60,810 bases of DNA, taken from NCBI GenBank assembly GCA_051277905.1, contig JBNMQI010000001.1, forward strand, positions 1 to 60,810, written 5' to 3'. Under the pieces are notes generated by a model, which was not told the DNA's origin, did not search any database, and saw only the letters and a list, made by a program, of their open reading frames with translations. This DNA comes from Gammaproteobacteria bacterium (GTDB taxonomy: Bacteria > Pseudomonadota > Gammaproteobacteria > GCA-001735895). The position numbers were made by a program, and so were the translations under genes. Of the stretch, positions 1 through 11,974 are shown one piece after another (within the stretch, counting starts at the first letter, position 1; the number at the start of each line of letters is the position of its first letter).

Positions 1-2
1 TT

Positions 3-1205
3 GTGACTCTCGACGTGTCTGCAGATGCTGCACTAGACGCAGCAGGAAACGCCAATAGTGCCGCCACTCAATTGCTTGCGACCTATGATGGTTCTGCTCC
101 AACTGTAGCGATTTCGGGGGCTTCTGGTGCAATTAACACGGCCTTCACCGCCACGATTGCCTTCAGCGAAAGCGTCAGTGGTTTTGATGTTAGCGATTTA
201 GGAGTTAGCAACGCTCTTCTGAGTGATTTTGCTGGCTCAGGAGCGTTATACACCGTATTGGTAACACCGAATGCTGACGGCGCGGTGACATTAGATGTCG
301 CCGCCGCGGTAGCTCAAGATGTTGCCGGTAACGACAATAGTGCCGCGACTCAGCTGACTGCTACCTACGATGCAACAGCGCCAACAGCAGTTATTAGTGG
401 GGCATCTGGCTATATTAATGCTGCGTTTACCGCGACTATTACCTTCAGTGAAAGCGTGAATAACTTTGTTGTCGGTGATATTGCCGTGTCGAATGCCACG
501 CTGGCTGATTTTAGTGGCTCGGGTGATACCTATTCTGTGCTGGTAACGCCAACCACGGATGGTGCGGTGACGCTAGATGTTGCTGCTAATGCGGCTCAAG
601 ATGCTGCGGGTAACAACAGCGCAGCCGCAGCACAGTTAGCGGTTACTTACGATGCTATCGCTCCAACTGTATTGCTCTCAGCGCCAGCTACGTTGGTCAA
701 TGCAGCGTTTACCGCAACCATCACCTTTAGTGAAAACGTGACGGATTTTGTTGTCGCCGATATCAGCGCTAGCAACGCCACCTTGAGCGATTTTAGCGGT
801 TCTGGCACCAGCTATACCGTGTTGGTAACGCCGACTACGGACGGTACCGTAACGCTTGATGTGGTTAATGCAGTTGCGGTGGATGTTGCTGGTAATAGCA
901 ATAATGCAGCCGGTCAGTTAGTGGTTACTTATGATGCAACAGCCCCAGCAGTTGCCCTAACGACTGCAGCAACCTTGGTTAACGAACCATTCATCGTGAC
1001 CGCAACCTTTAGCGAAACGGTCACGGGTGTAGAGCTGACCGACTTTGTTGTGACAAACGGCACCGCGGGCAACTTGGCTGCACTTGGTAATACCTATAGT
1101 GTGCTGATAACACCAACGGCCGACGGTGACGTAACCGTCAATATGGCTGCGGGTGCTGCTAGCGACGCAGCAGGAAATACCTCAACGGCAGCGGTTGAGC
1201 TAACC
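3..1205 (+). repeat. Tandem 282-nt coding repeats (Ig-like domain units), at least 4 full units; degenerate copies continue to about 1500
   Basis: The (A/V)TYD codon block recurs at 78, 360, 642 and 924, an exact 282-nt period. Confidence 0.85.
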
Positions 1206-3623
1206 ACGAGCGCGGATACAACGGGTGCGACGACCACCCTTACTGGCGTGCCGAGTTCAGCGATTACGGCCTTCGATGTCACTGTTACCTTTAGCGAAAA
1301 TGTCTCAACTCTGACGTCGGCTGACATTACCGTTACCAACGGTGTTGTCACCCAATTGCTGGGTGGTGGCACTGGCTATACGGCTACTATTATGCCGACG
1401 GCATCGGGTTCTGATACCACCGTGAGTGTGGCAGCGGATGTTGTCACCGACGATGCAGACAACGGTAACCAAGCATCGGCCGTGGCTACCGTTGCCATCG
1501 TTAATGATGTGGGTGTTGCCTCGATTAGTGGCGTTGCTGCAGAAGGCGAAACACTGACTGCAGACATCGCGGACAACAATGGCTTAGCCAACGCGACGAT
1601 TCAATATCAGTGGACGTCGGGTGGTGAAGTCGCTGGCAGCGATCAAGATACCTATCTAATTACCGCGTCTGACGTGGGTAATGTGATTGGCCTAACCGTT
1701 AGTTATACCGATGACTTACTGGCGGTTGAGACCTCAGTAGCTGCGGATACGGCAACGGTTATTTCGTTGGCTCAGGTCGCTTTGAATACTATCTCCAGCC
1801 AAGCGGATGCTAGCGGATCTACGCCTGCAACCATCACTGAATACGATACTGCTGGCGTCACAAGTGTCACGGCTACTGTATTGGATCTCATCAATAACGC
1901 GATTGCCCGTTCGAACTTGGCCGATGTGAATGAGCTCAGCGAAGTACAAGCGCTGGTGGATATCATTCTTGAAGGCCAAGACGATGACGGTGATGGTTTG
2001 CCGAACATGCTAGAGGGAGACGACACAGTCGACACTGATGGTGATGGCATTGCTGATCGTGATGACACTGATTCGGATAACGACGGTATTTCGGATCTTG
2101 TGGAATTGAATTTGGATTTAACCGATACCGATAACGACGGCATTATTGATGCAATCGACGCAGACATTGGCAACGACGGCATTGTTGATACCGGTCTTAC
2201 TGATGACAACCTCGATGGCGTTAACGATGCAATGGATGAGCTAGCCGAGTGGCTGGTGGCATTCGCCAGTACCGATCAAGACGGTGATGGCTTGCTGAAT
2301 ATGATCGATCTAGATGCCGATAACGATGGTTTGTTTGATGTCGCGGAAGCTGGATTGGGTGACCAAGATGGAGACGCCTTGCTGGATGATGGCGTGGATA
2401 TCCTGACAGACGTTATTCAATTACCGGATAGTGACGGAGATACCTTGCCTGACTACTTAGATGTAAGAAATAATGGTGTCGATACCGATTTCAGTAACTC
2501 GAATTTGCCAAGCGATCTAGATGGCGATCTGGATGGTGTGTTGGATAGCACTACCGACGTAGATCGTGACGGTATTATGGACGTGGTCGATAACGCTATT
2601 GGTGCGTTCGGTTCACGTGCCGACTTCGATGGCGACGGCATACCTAACCATCTTGATGACGATGATGATGGAGACGGCATTAGCGATGCGGATGAAAATC
2701 CACAGCAAGCCTTCTTCACCGGCGAAGATGCTGATGCTGATGGCATTGATGATGGTGTTGATGCCAACGTGAATGGCGTTCTTAACGGCGAGGATCTAGA
2801 TGGCAACGGTGTACGTGATGATCGCGAAATGCCTGACCTTGATGGTGATGGCTTTGTTGATCACTTGGATGCTGACGCTGATGGCGATGGCATACCAGAC
2901 AACATTGATCCTGAGATTGCCTTACCGGTGGATGCTGCACCTGAAGCACCTGGGGCCGGCATTACGGATGCGGACGGTGATGGCGTAGACGACAGTATTG
3001 ATCCTTCGATTAATACCGGCGTAGACGTTGAGACATCAACTGGTGGCGGTAGCATGAGCCTAGGCCTAGTGTTCGGCCTTGCACTCTTGCTGGTGGCGCT
3101 GCGTCAACGCCGTTTTTCGGCAACGGTAATGGCTGCATTGCTTGCAACTTCGATGTCAGCGCAAGCGGGTGAGTGGAGCGTTGAAGGTGGCGTTGGCGTT
3201 TCTCAGTTGGATCCAAAGTTAAATAATAATTTAACCTTGAGTGATGACAGCGATAGTAGCTGGCAGTTGTCTACGGCCTATCACTTCAACCGTGAATGGG
3301 CGGCGCAATTACGTTATGTCGATATGGGGAACGCCAGTATTGGTAATGGTCGAATTAACTACCAAGCGCTGGCAGCGATGGCCCAGTATCGACCAGACGC
3401 CTTGCGCATGGGCCGCTGGACGCCGCAACTTCAGCTTGGCATGGGCCGCTTATTTAACGATAGTCAGGGCGGTTTAAATTTAAAATCGCATGATGACCTT
3501 CGGTTAATGGTCGGAGCGGGTATCGACTGTCGTTTAAATAAAACGGACTACTTAGAAGCTCAAGTAAATTCGTATGCTGAGGACGCCCGTGTTTGGACAC
3601 TAGGATTCAGACACCATTTCTGA
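3..3623 (+). CDS. Large cell-surface repeat protein (5' end outside window): Ig-like repeats, thrombospondin-type-3-like Ca-binding Asp repeats, GlyGly-CTERM-like segment, C-terminal OMP beta-barrel-like domain
   Basis: Frame is open from the window edge. About 94-aa units recur (..ATYDxTAPTxxISGASGxINxAFTATIxFSExV..). There are dozens of DxDxDGxxDxxD motifs. The segment GGGSMSLGLVFGLALLLVALRQRRF is followed by ..SMSAQA and about 150 aa of amphipathic strands ending GFRHHF. A terminator follows. Confidence 0.85.
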   Translation: MTLDVSADAALDAAGNANSAATQLLATYDGSAPTVAISGASGAINTAFTATIAFSESVSGFDVSDLGVSNALLSDFAGSGALYTVLVTPNADGAVTLDVAAAVAQDVAGNDNSAATQLTATYDATAPTAVISGASGYINAAFTATITFSESVNNFVVGDIAVSNATLADFSGSGDTYSVLVTPTTDGAVTLDVAANAAQDAAGNNSAAAAQLAVTYDAIAPTVLLSAPATLVNAAFTATITFSENVTDFVVADISASNATLSDFSGSGTSYTVLVTPTTDGTVTLDVVNAVAVDVAGNSNNAAGQLVVTYDATAPAVALTTAATLVNEPFIVTATFSETVTGVELTDFVVTNGTAGNLAALGNTYSVLITPTADGDVTVNMAAGAASDAAGNTSTAAVELTTSADTTGATTTLTGVPSSAITAFDVTVTFSENVSTLTSADITVTNGVVTQLLGGGTGYTATIMPTASGSDTTVSVAADVVTDDADNGNQASAVATVAIVNDVGVASISGVAAEGETLTADIADNNGLANATIQYQWTSGGEVAGSDQDTYLITASDVGNVIGLTVSYTDDLLAVETSVAADTATVISLAQVALNTISSQADASGSTPATITEYDTAGVTSVTATVLDLINNAIARSNLADVNELSEVQALVDIILEGQDDDGDGLPNMLEGDDTVDTDGDGIADRDDTDSDNDGISDLVELNLDLTDTDNDGIIDAIDADIGNDGIVDTGLTDDNLDGVNDAMDELAEWLVAFASTDQDGDGLLNMIDLDADNDGLFDVAEAGLGDQDGDALLDDGVDILTDVIQLPDSDGDTLPDYLDVRNNGVDTDFSNSNLPSDLDGDLDGVLDSTTDVDRDGIMDVVDNAIGAFGSRADFDGDGIPNHLDDDDDGDGISDADENPQQAFFTGEDADADGIDDGVDANVNGVLNGEDLDGNGVRDDREMPDLDGDGFVDHLDADADGDGIPDNIDPEIALPVDAAPEAPGAGITDADGDGVDDSIDPSINTGVDVETSTGGGSMSLGLVFGLALLLVALRQRRFSATVMAALLATSMSAQAGEWSVEGGVGVSQLDPKLNNNLTLSDDSDSSWQLSTAYHFNREWAAQLRYVDMGNASIGNGRINYQALAAMAQYRPDALRMGRWTPQLQLGMGRLFNDSQGGLNLKSHDDLRLMVGAGIDCRLNKTDYLEAQVNSYAEDARVWTLGFRHHF
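1980..3015 (+). repeat. Coding array of Asp-rich calcium-binding-type repeats (TSP type 3-like)
   Basis: Repeated DDDGDGLPN, DTDGDGIADRDD, DSDNDGISD, DTDNDGIID, DADNDGLFD, DFDGDGIPNHLDDDDDGDGISD, DLDGDGFVDHLDADADGDGIPD and similar. Confidence 0.7.
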
Positions 3624-3637
3624 TTGCATATCAGCAT

Positions 3638-3666
3638 AAAAAACCCCTCATTTGAGGGGTTTTTTA
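3638..3666. terminator. Bidirectional rho-independent terminator between convergent genes
   Basis: An A-run, then stem CCCCTC / GAGGGG with a 4-nt loop, then a T-run (AAAAAACCCCTCATTTGAGGGGTTTTTT). Confidence 0.75.
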
Positions 3667-4443
3667 TTGGATTTTATTTAAAGTTAACGCTCGTCCAAGC
3701 TGCGCAAAGTAATTCTGAAAAGCTTGATTGATTAAAATTCTCTGTTCACCTTGAGGGTAAAGTCCAAGCTTTGCTTCTTCTGATTGTTTAGTGCCTTTTA
3801 CCAAATAGTTATTTTTAATATGGGCATCTTGAACAAATGCCTCGAAAGCACGAGCGCACATTTCTTCTGGCAGGCTGTAATAAACGGTACCAGCAGCTCT
3901 ATCTATTTCGGCGGAGCTTAAAAACAATTCACTGGGCTGTTCGCCGGATTTATCCAACAGCACGGCTCGATAGCAATTAAATAATAAAGCGTTAAGAGGA
4001 TGCTCAATCGGTGCGTATTGTGCCAGCCAAGCGGTTGAGGCAAATAATCTCGGTTTGTTAACATTAAATGCTTTATTGCAAATATAATGATCGAAGGCGT
4101 GAAACCATTCGTGGGCAATGCTGCCCGGCCCGGCGTTTTTTGCTAATGCAAAAGCCCGTTGGTCGGGTGCGTAGTGGGCCGCCACACCAGGGCGACCACC
4201 TTTACCGTATTGCAGAATTAAAGTGCCCCGCAGAGAAATAACTTCGTCGGGTACTGCGAGGATTTTAGTTAAATCACACAGTGCGTCGTAAAAATAGACG
4301 GCGGCTTTTTCTTGTTCTTTCTGCGTAACCCAAGCGCCAATTTCTACCCCGCGAAAATCAAAACGGTCACGTACTTCGCGAAACGAAATATATTCATCGT
4401 CAGAGCGATGGTGCGGGCCGCGACGATATAGTTCAAATTCCAA
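3664..4443 (-). CDS. Hypothetical protein with HEWFH (HExxH) metallopeptidase-like motif
   Basis: 259-aa ORF containing ..GSIAHEWFHAFDHY.. The HEWxH form resembles CLCA-type metalloprotease motifs (recollection, unverified). Confidence 0.7.
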   Translation of the reverse strand: MEFELYRRGPHHRSDDEYISFREVRDRFDFRGVEIGAWVTQKEQEKAAVYFYDALCDLTKILAVPDEVISLRGTLILQYGKGGRPGVAAHYAPDQRAFALAKNAGPGSIAHEWFHAFDHYICNKAFNVNKPRLFASTAWLAQYAPIEHPLNALLFNCYRAVLLDKSGEQPSELFLSSAEIDRAAGTVYYSLPEEMCARAFEAFVQDAHIKNNYLVKGTKQSEEAKLGLYPQGEQRILINQAFQNYFAQLGRALTLNKIQ

Positions 4444-4474
4444 AGTCGATCCTTAATACAAGCCTGCGCATTGG

Positions 4475-5212
4475 CTAAGGCTCTGTTGTCGAAACGGGAT
4501 TAAGTTCTCCAGTGGATAACTTAGGGTAGGAATATTTAATATTTTCTAACGGAATATCAATGAGAACATTGTCAAAGGTAATTGGAATGCTGGCGTCTTG
4601 TGCATGCATAGAGCCATAAAACGTATTGGTGACGGGCGCAGTAATCATTTGATCTATGTGCATGCTGGTGGTGATGGTTTGCTGAATATTGGGCGTTATT
4701 GTTTGATTAACATAAAAAGAAATCGGCCCATGATAGCTTAGTGGCAAACTTGTATTCACGGGTACAGTAAACGCGACGGGTAATTCAAAGCGGATGGGTA
4801 TTGTTCCGCGCACTGGCAAATTGGGCAGCCAAGAACTTACTAGTTCGGTGCCAGCAGCTACCTCTATGTCGGTCTCAATTAAAATCGTATCAGAGAAATC
4901 AGCTGTTAAATTCAGTGGAATAGAGGAGTTAATATCCAATTGCGCTTGATATTGCCCTTTAATGTGAAATGGAATACGTAGATTATTTAACGGCACACTG
5001 ATGGGGATATCGCCTAACAAGCGAAAATTAATATTACTGTTAAGGTCGGTATTAAATGTCAACGGCGAATCAAAGCGAATCAAGCTCGCTTGCTGCTTCA
5101 GTGAAATGCCCATGACAACATTGGAATACACGACAAAGCCGAGTATTGCGCCGATAACGGCGAGTACAACTAGAATCCAGCCGCCAATAATAATGCGTGC
5201 CAAAGTGATCAC
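4475..5212 (-). CDS. Membrane-anchored hypothetical protein (paralogue of the upstream gene)
   Basis: N-terminal TM helix IIIGGWILVVLAVIGAILGFVV. GTGA overlap with the upstream stop. Shares the repeated '..IP(I/V)..' beta-rich pattern with 5209-5934. Confidence 0.7.
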   Translation of the reverse strand: MITLARIIIGGWILVVLAVIGAILGFVVYSNVVMGISLKQQASLIRFDSPLTFNTDLNSNINFRLLGDIPISVPLNNLRIPFHIKGQYQAQLDINSSIPLNLTADFSDTILIETDIEVAAGTELVSSWLPNLPVRGTIPIRFELPVAFTVPVNTSLPLSYHGPISFYVNQTITPNIQQTITTSMHIDQMITAPVTNTFYGSMHAQDASIPITFDNVLIDIPLENIKYSYPKLSTGELNPVSTTEP

Positions 5213-5934
5213 GGTTTGTCTCCAACCTGAGCACTTGGGCTAAAGGTAATGGCTTCAAGCGGCACATCGATGTTCAGTTCACGAATCGTGATGTCGGTTG
5301 CTTTATCTAAGGTGACATTAGCGCGTAGAGGCTCTAGAACCGGAATAGATAAGGATTTTTTTACTGGAATATCAGCGATGATGTTGGTATCTAGGCGTAC
5401 TTTTATTTTATCTGAAATTGCCACTTGAGCTGGCGCGCTAAACGCTAGATCAATATTTCGGTCGATAGGGATGCTTAAATTAACCGGAATATCCGCCTTT
5501 ACAGGAACAGAGCCTTTTAGCGGCAATTTAATCCATGCGCCTAGCAACTTAACGCTGAGTTTGCCGTCAATAGGTATGACTTGATCAATATGAATGGACT
5601 GGTGTACGGGCAACGTCATTTTAATGGGTACTTGACCGTTAAAATTAACCTTAACGTCGAAGGTTTCTTCTAAAGGAATGGTCAAGGTTTGATTAATCGG
5701 GACATTTGCAGGGATTACAGTGTCTATATTTACCGACAATGGGTCGAGAATATCGACTGTCGCAGGAAAAGCATCGGCGATTTCAATGCGGGCTTTTTGG
5801 TCATACAAGGGAATGTTGGCCGTAACGTTATTCCAGATCCAATAAGCCACAAACGCGCCCCCTGCAATGGCAGCCAATAGGCCGAGGCCAGCAATAGTGA
5901 GAAGCACGGCAACAAGGATCTTGCGAAGGCTCAT
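5209..5934 (-). CDS. Membrane-anchored hypothetical protein (paralogue of the downstream gene)
   Basis: Start moved to ATG 5934 (MSLRKILVAVLL..), which has ACGGAG upstream. One TM helix followed by a beta-rich region. Confidence 0.7.
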   Translation of the reverse strand: MSLRKILVAVLLTIAGLGLLAAIAGGAFVAYWIWNNVTANIPLYDQKARIEIADAFPATVDILDPLSVNIDTVIPANVPINQTLTIPLEETFDVKVNFNGQVPIKMTLPVHQSIHIDQVIPIDGKLSVKLLGAWIKLPLKGSVPVKADIPVNLSIPIDRNIDLAFSAPAQVAISDKIKVRLDTNIIADIPVKKSLSIPVLEPLRANVTLDKATDITIRELNIDVPLEAITFSPSAQVGDKP

Positions 5935-6261
5935 AGCGCGCTCCGTAAGTAAGAAAACCAATCGATAATAAAAGACATCACATCCGCGATCCGTTTTGGG
6001 CGATACAAAAATTGATCATACCACTTCTATACACTGGCTAGTGGAGGTCTTGCAGGTCGACTGCGCAAGTATGCTCGCAACTGAGTGTAGATAGGCTATG
6101 TTCAATAGCGGTAGCGTGACCGTCATATGCGCCTGCGAGGTGCATATCAGATTAGGTATGCAAAATTACTATCGCATCTATAAATATAATTAAGTTTTTA
6201 AATAGATCGAGACGCCTATTATGGAGTCACAAGAACACATGATTTAACCCGTTAGACGTAA

Positions 6262-8463
<2,202 letters not shown>

Positions 8464-8529
8464 TTAAAACGGTGTGATCTAAAGCCATAACGAAGCCTTG
8501 AAATAGAAATATTGAAAGGAGAAAAGAAA

Positions 8530-8563
8530 GCCAGCAAGAGAGGAACCTCTTGCTGGCTTTTTT
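8530..8563 (+). terminator. Rho-independent terminator of katG
   Basis: GCCAGCAAGAG-aggaac-CTCTTGCTGGC followed by TTTTTT. Confidence 0.85.
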
Positions 8564-8684
8564 AATACTTTGAGGCCTGATGCCCAATTTATGTGTCGTC
8601 AGGCTTTCTCATCGGTTTCAGGCATTCTATGATGAGTGCATACTGATGATTTGGCGTTCAATATCCTTCTTTGGAGACACCATT

Positions 8685-8840
8685 ATGGGTGATGTAGTAG
8701 TTGATCAAAACAAAACGGACGAGACTACCGATTGGGATGATGTGTCGTTCCTTGATGAGATGGAGTTAGGTGAAGTAGACCCTGAGTCCTATCAAGAGCA
8801 AGACGACGATGGCTGTGAAGGCGGTGCTTGTAAGATCTGA
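8685..8840 (+). CDS. Small acidic hypothetical protein (51 aa) ending ..DDDGCEGGACKI
   Basis: ATG at 8685 is preceded by GGAGAC. The upstream part of the track ORF (8580-8684) has no coding look. No family recognised. Confidence 0.4.
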   Translation: MGDVVVDQNKTDETTDWDDVSFLDEMELGEVDPESYQEQDDDGCEGGACKI

Positions 8841-8917
8841 TTCTGTAAGCTGTGGTCGCATTTGCTAATGCAAAGCACTACATCGCCCTTGGTTTTTTAA
8901 ATACTTATTAAATTTTG

Positions 8918-8943
8918 AAGAAAAGGCCGACATTAAGTCGGCC
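8918..8943 (-). terminator. Rho-independent terminator of the minus-strand detox operon
   Basis: GGCCGAC-attaa-GTCGGCC. On the minus strand it is followed by TTTTCTTC. Confidence 0.6.
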
Positions 8944-9033
8944 TCTCGTTATGGTTGCACTGACGCCTGCTATCAATGCTGATGTTATCTGATCAGACTG
9001 CATTTGACGGCAAGCTAGCAATCGTCTGAGTGA

Positions 9034-9642
9034 TCAACCAAAGCTCGCTGCTTTTTGATAGGCTGGTCGCTGCTGCATTTTGGCGAGATAAGCCAGAGTG
9101 CTGTTCTTGCCCTCCAGTAATCCACCGCTAGCCGCAATCTCTAAAATAACCGTCATCATGATATCCGCAGCGGTAAAATGATTCCCTGCGAAGTATGCAC
9201 GCTGACTCAAGGTTGTTTCGATGTAGGCAAAGTCAGTCGCAATTTCTTTTGCGATATAGCCATCCATTGGTTGCTGCCCCGCGCGCGTCTCCATTTTCAT
9301 CAAGAGATTGGTGACTACGGGCAAGCCTAAAGATCCTTCGGCAAAGTGAGACCACTCAAGGTACTGATAATACTCAGCACTCCCTAGCGTCGGTCTTAGT
9401 CGTTGTTGCTCATCTAGATTAATGATGTATTCCATCACCGCGCTGGATTCGCATAAGGTTATATCCCCATCAACCACAACCGGTGCTTTACCTAAAGGAT
9501 GAACCTTTTTTAAGCTTTCTGGTGCGAGGTGCGTGGTGGCATCACGTTGATGATCTATACGTTCGTACGGCATTGTCAGCTCTTCTAACAGCCATAATAC
9601 TCGCTTAGAACGGGATTGATTTAAGTGGTGTACGGTTAACAT
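9034..9642 (-). CDS. Glutathione S-transferase family protein
   Basis: MLTVHHLNQSRSKRVLWLLEEL..PLGKAPVV.. thioredoxin-like N-terminal domain plus a helical C-terminal domain. Start set at ATG 9642, which has GGAG 9 nt upstream. Confidence 0.85.
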   Translation of the reverse strand: MLTVHHLNQSRSKRVLWLLEELTMPYERIDHQRDATTHLAPESLKKVHPLGKAPVVVDGDITLCESSAVMEYIINLDEQQRLRPTLGSAEYYQYLEWSHFAEGSLGLPVVTNLLMKMETRAGQQPMDGYIAKEIATDFAYIETTLSQRAYFAGNHFTAADIMMTVILEIAASGGLLEGKNSTLAYLAKMQQRPAYQKAASFG

Positions 9643-9699
9643 AGTCAGTCGCTCCAACAGGGCAGTTGTAAAAAATAAACTCGTAGAAAAACGCGTATA

Positions 9700-10743
9700 T
9701 TAGCGTTCGTCAGAACCCACTCTTACCACTAATTTCCCAAAATTTTTACCTTCTAATAATCCCATGAAGGCCTCTACCGCATGCTCTAAACCATCCACTA
9801 AATCTTCACGGTATTTAATTTTTCCGGCTTGTAACCATTGCATCATATTTTCGCTAAATTCATTGTAACGATGACCATAATCATCAAATACAATGAACCC
9901 TTGCATTTTGATGCGTTTGACTAGCAGGGTCCTCATGAGCATTGATAAACGATCAGGGCCTCCCGGTAAGTCAGTTGCGTTGTATTGTGAAATCATTCCG
10001 CACAAGGGAATTCGGGCGCATGCGTTTAATAGCGGTAATACTGCATCAAATACCTTACCGCCCACATTTTCAAAATACACATCAATGCCGGCATCACAGG
10101 CTTTGGCTAATTGCTCGGCAAAATCCAGTGTTGTGTGATCAACACACTCATCAAAGCCTAATTCATCGATTGCCGAACGGCACTTCTTCACGCTACCGGC
10201 GATACCAACCACTTTGCAGCCTTTTAATTTGGCAATTTGACCCACGAGGCTACCAACAGCTCCGGTTGCAGCAGCCACAACAACGGTTTCACCGGCTTTC
10301 GGTTGGCCGATATCTAACAGACCCATGTACGCGGTTAATCCCGGCATGCCCATAACCCCTAGTGCGTAGGACGGTTGTGTCGGATGCCTGCCCAATTTTA
10401 ATAAATCAACACCATCTGAAATCGAGTAGTCTTGCCAGCCGGTGAATGAAACTACCCAATCACCCACCTCAAAGTCTGGGTGATTGGAGACGTCTATCCG
10501 ACACACGGCACCACCGACCATCACGTCATTAATTGCGACGGGTTCGGCGTATGATTTAGTATCATTCATGCGCCCGCGCATATAAGGGTCGAGTGATAAG
10601 TAAACCGTGCGTAACAATACTTCGCCTTGCTTAGGGCTAGGTTTTTTCGTCTCTACCAAATTAAAATCGCTAAATTTGGGCGCGCCTACCGGGCGCGACG
10701 CCAATAGCCATTGGCGGTTATTTTGCTGATTGGAAATAGCCAC
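9700..10743 (-). CDS. NADP-dependent oxidoreductase, MDR family (CurA/YncB / alkenal reductase-like)
   Basis: 347 aa with an AAATGAVGSLVGQIAKLKGCKVVGIAGS Rossmann motif and the ..LSLDPYMRGRM.. signature typical of this family. Confidence 0.85.
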   Translation of the reverse strand: MAISNQQNNRQWLLASRPVGAPKFSDFNLVETKKPSPKQGEVLLRTVYLSLDPYMRGRMNDTKSYAEPVAINDVMVGGAVCRIDVSNHPDFEVGDWVVSFTGWQDYSISDGVDLLKLGRHPTQPSYALGVMGMPGLTAYMGLLDIGQPKAGETVVVAAATGAVGSLVGQIAKLKGCKVVGIAGSVKKCRSAIDELGFDECVDHTTLDFAEQLAKACDAGIDVYFENVGGKVFDAVLPLLNACARIPLCGMISQYNATDLPGGPDRLSMLMRTLLVKRIKMQGFIVFDDYGHRYNEFSENMMQWLQAGKIKYREDLVDGLEHAVEAFMGLLEGKNFGKLVVRVGSDER

Positions 10744-10759
10744 AATAGGATTCCGCTAA

Positions 10760-11917
10760 TTACAGTGCAGTGATTAAAATTTTACGGCTTACTTCGGGCG
10801 TGATTGCGCCATGCTCCCCGAGTTTGACCATCCCATGCTGGGTTAATTTTTCAATCAAGCCATCAATGTCAGCTTCACCCAAATCAACATGTGATAAACG
10901 AGTCGGTACTTGCATTGCGTGGAAGAAGGCTTCGGTTTGCTCTATGGCGCGATGAATACGTGACTCTTCGCTACCGTCGGTTAGGTTCCAAATGCGTTCA
11001 GCGTATTGTAATAATTTCTCGCGCTTCGCTTCAGTACACACCTTCATCACGGCAGGCAATACAATCGACAAGGTGCGAGCGTGATCAATTTTATAGGCAC
11101 CGGTTAGCTCATGACCAATCATGTGAGTGGACCAATCTTGCGGAACACCCGCACCGATCAGGCCATTCAATGCCATCGTTGCGGCCCACATAATGTTACC
11201 GCGAACGTCTAAGTCTTTCGCTGTTTCGGCGACTAAGGCTTTTGGCCCTTCTTCTATTAAAGTGAGCAATAAACCCTCGGCGAAACGGTCTTGAACCTTA
11301 CCATTTACGCTATAGGTTAGGTATTGCTCCATTGTGTGAACAAACGCATCGACAACCCCGTTACTGATTTGACGATCCGATAACGATAGCGTTACGACGG
11401 GATCAAGGACGGCAAATAATGGGCGTACAAAGGAGCTCTGGAATGGTAGTTTGTTACCATCACGAGTAACCACTGCGCCGGTATTTGATTCCGAGCCCGT
11501 TGCTGGCAGCGTCAATACACAACCAATTGGTAAGGCTTGCTTGATCGGTTGCCCCTTTGCGACGAAGTCCCATGGATCATCGCCTTCGAACAAGGCGGCG
11601 GCTGCAATAAATTTGGTACCATCAACTACAGATCCGCCACCAACCGCTAATAAAAAGTCGATATTGTGCTCACGGATTAAATTTTGGGCCTTCATTAATG
11701 TGTCGTAACTTGGATTTGGTTCAATACCCGAAAATTCATACCAAGTATGTTCGCTCAAAGCGTTGACTACTTGATCATAAACGCCATTTGTTTTGATCGA
11801 ACCGCCACCATACGTAACTAATACTTTTGCATTCGTAGGAATAGCCTTGCTTAGCGCTTTAATTTGACCTTCGCCAAAGTGAATTTTGGTCGTGTTTTGA
11901 AAACTGAAATTTAACAT
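10760..11917 (-). CDS. Iron-containing alcohol dehydrogenase, YqhD-like NADPH aldehyde reductase
   Basis: 385 aa. The N-terminus MLNFSFQNTTKIHFGEGQI.. resembles YqhD. Also has GGGSVVDGTKFIA and H-rich metal-site motifs. Confidence 0.85.
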   Translation of the reverse strand: MLNFSFQNTTKIHFGEGQIKALSKAIPTNAKVLVTYGGGSIKTNGVYDQVVNALSEHTWYEFSGIEPNPSYDTLMKAQNLIREHNIDFLLAVGGGSVVDGTKFIAAAALFEGDDPWDFVAKGQPIKQALPIGCVLTLPATGSESNTGAVVTRDGNKLPFQSSFVRPLFAVLDPVVTLSLSDRQISNGVVDAFVHTMEQYLTYSVNGKVQDRFAEGLLLTLIEEGPKALVAETAKDLDVRGNIMWAATMALNGLIGAGVPQDWSTHMIGHELTGAYKIDHARTLSIVLPAVMKVCTEAKREKLLQYAERIWNLTDGSEESRIHRAIEQTEAFFHAMQVPTRLSHVDLGEADIDGLIEKLTQHGMVKLGEHGAITPEVSRKILITAL

Positions 11918-11974
11918 GCTGGTTTTCCTATATATTCAATAAAATGGTTAATTAAAGAGGCGCAGAGGGTGTGT

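Noticed and set aside
1094-3216. Many antisense or alternate-frame ORFs inside the surface-protein gene (1094-1372, 1376-1591, 1734-2209, 2453-2806, 2566-2988, 2861-3055, 3010-3216)
   Set aside because: They lie wholly within a long, motif-rich sense frame. Their low-complexity S/P/M-rich translations are the expected shadows of Asp/Gly/Thr/Ala codon repeats.
8580-8684. 5' extension of the small acidic ORF (track start 8580)
   Set aside because: The extension overlaps the katG terminator-proximal region and encodes an implausible hydrophobic/Cys-rich leader. ATG 8685 has a GGAGAC RBS. Even the shortened ORF is kept only at low confidence.
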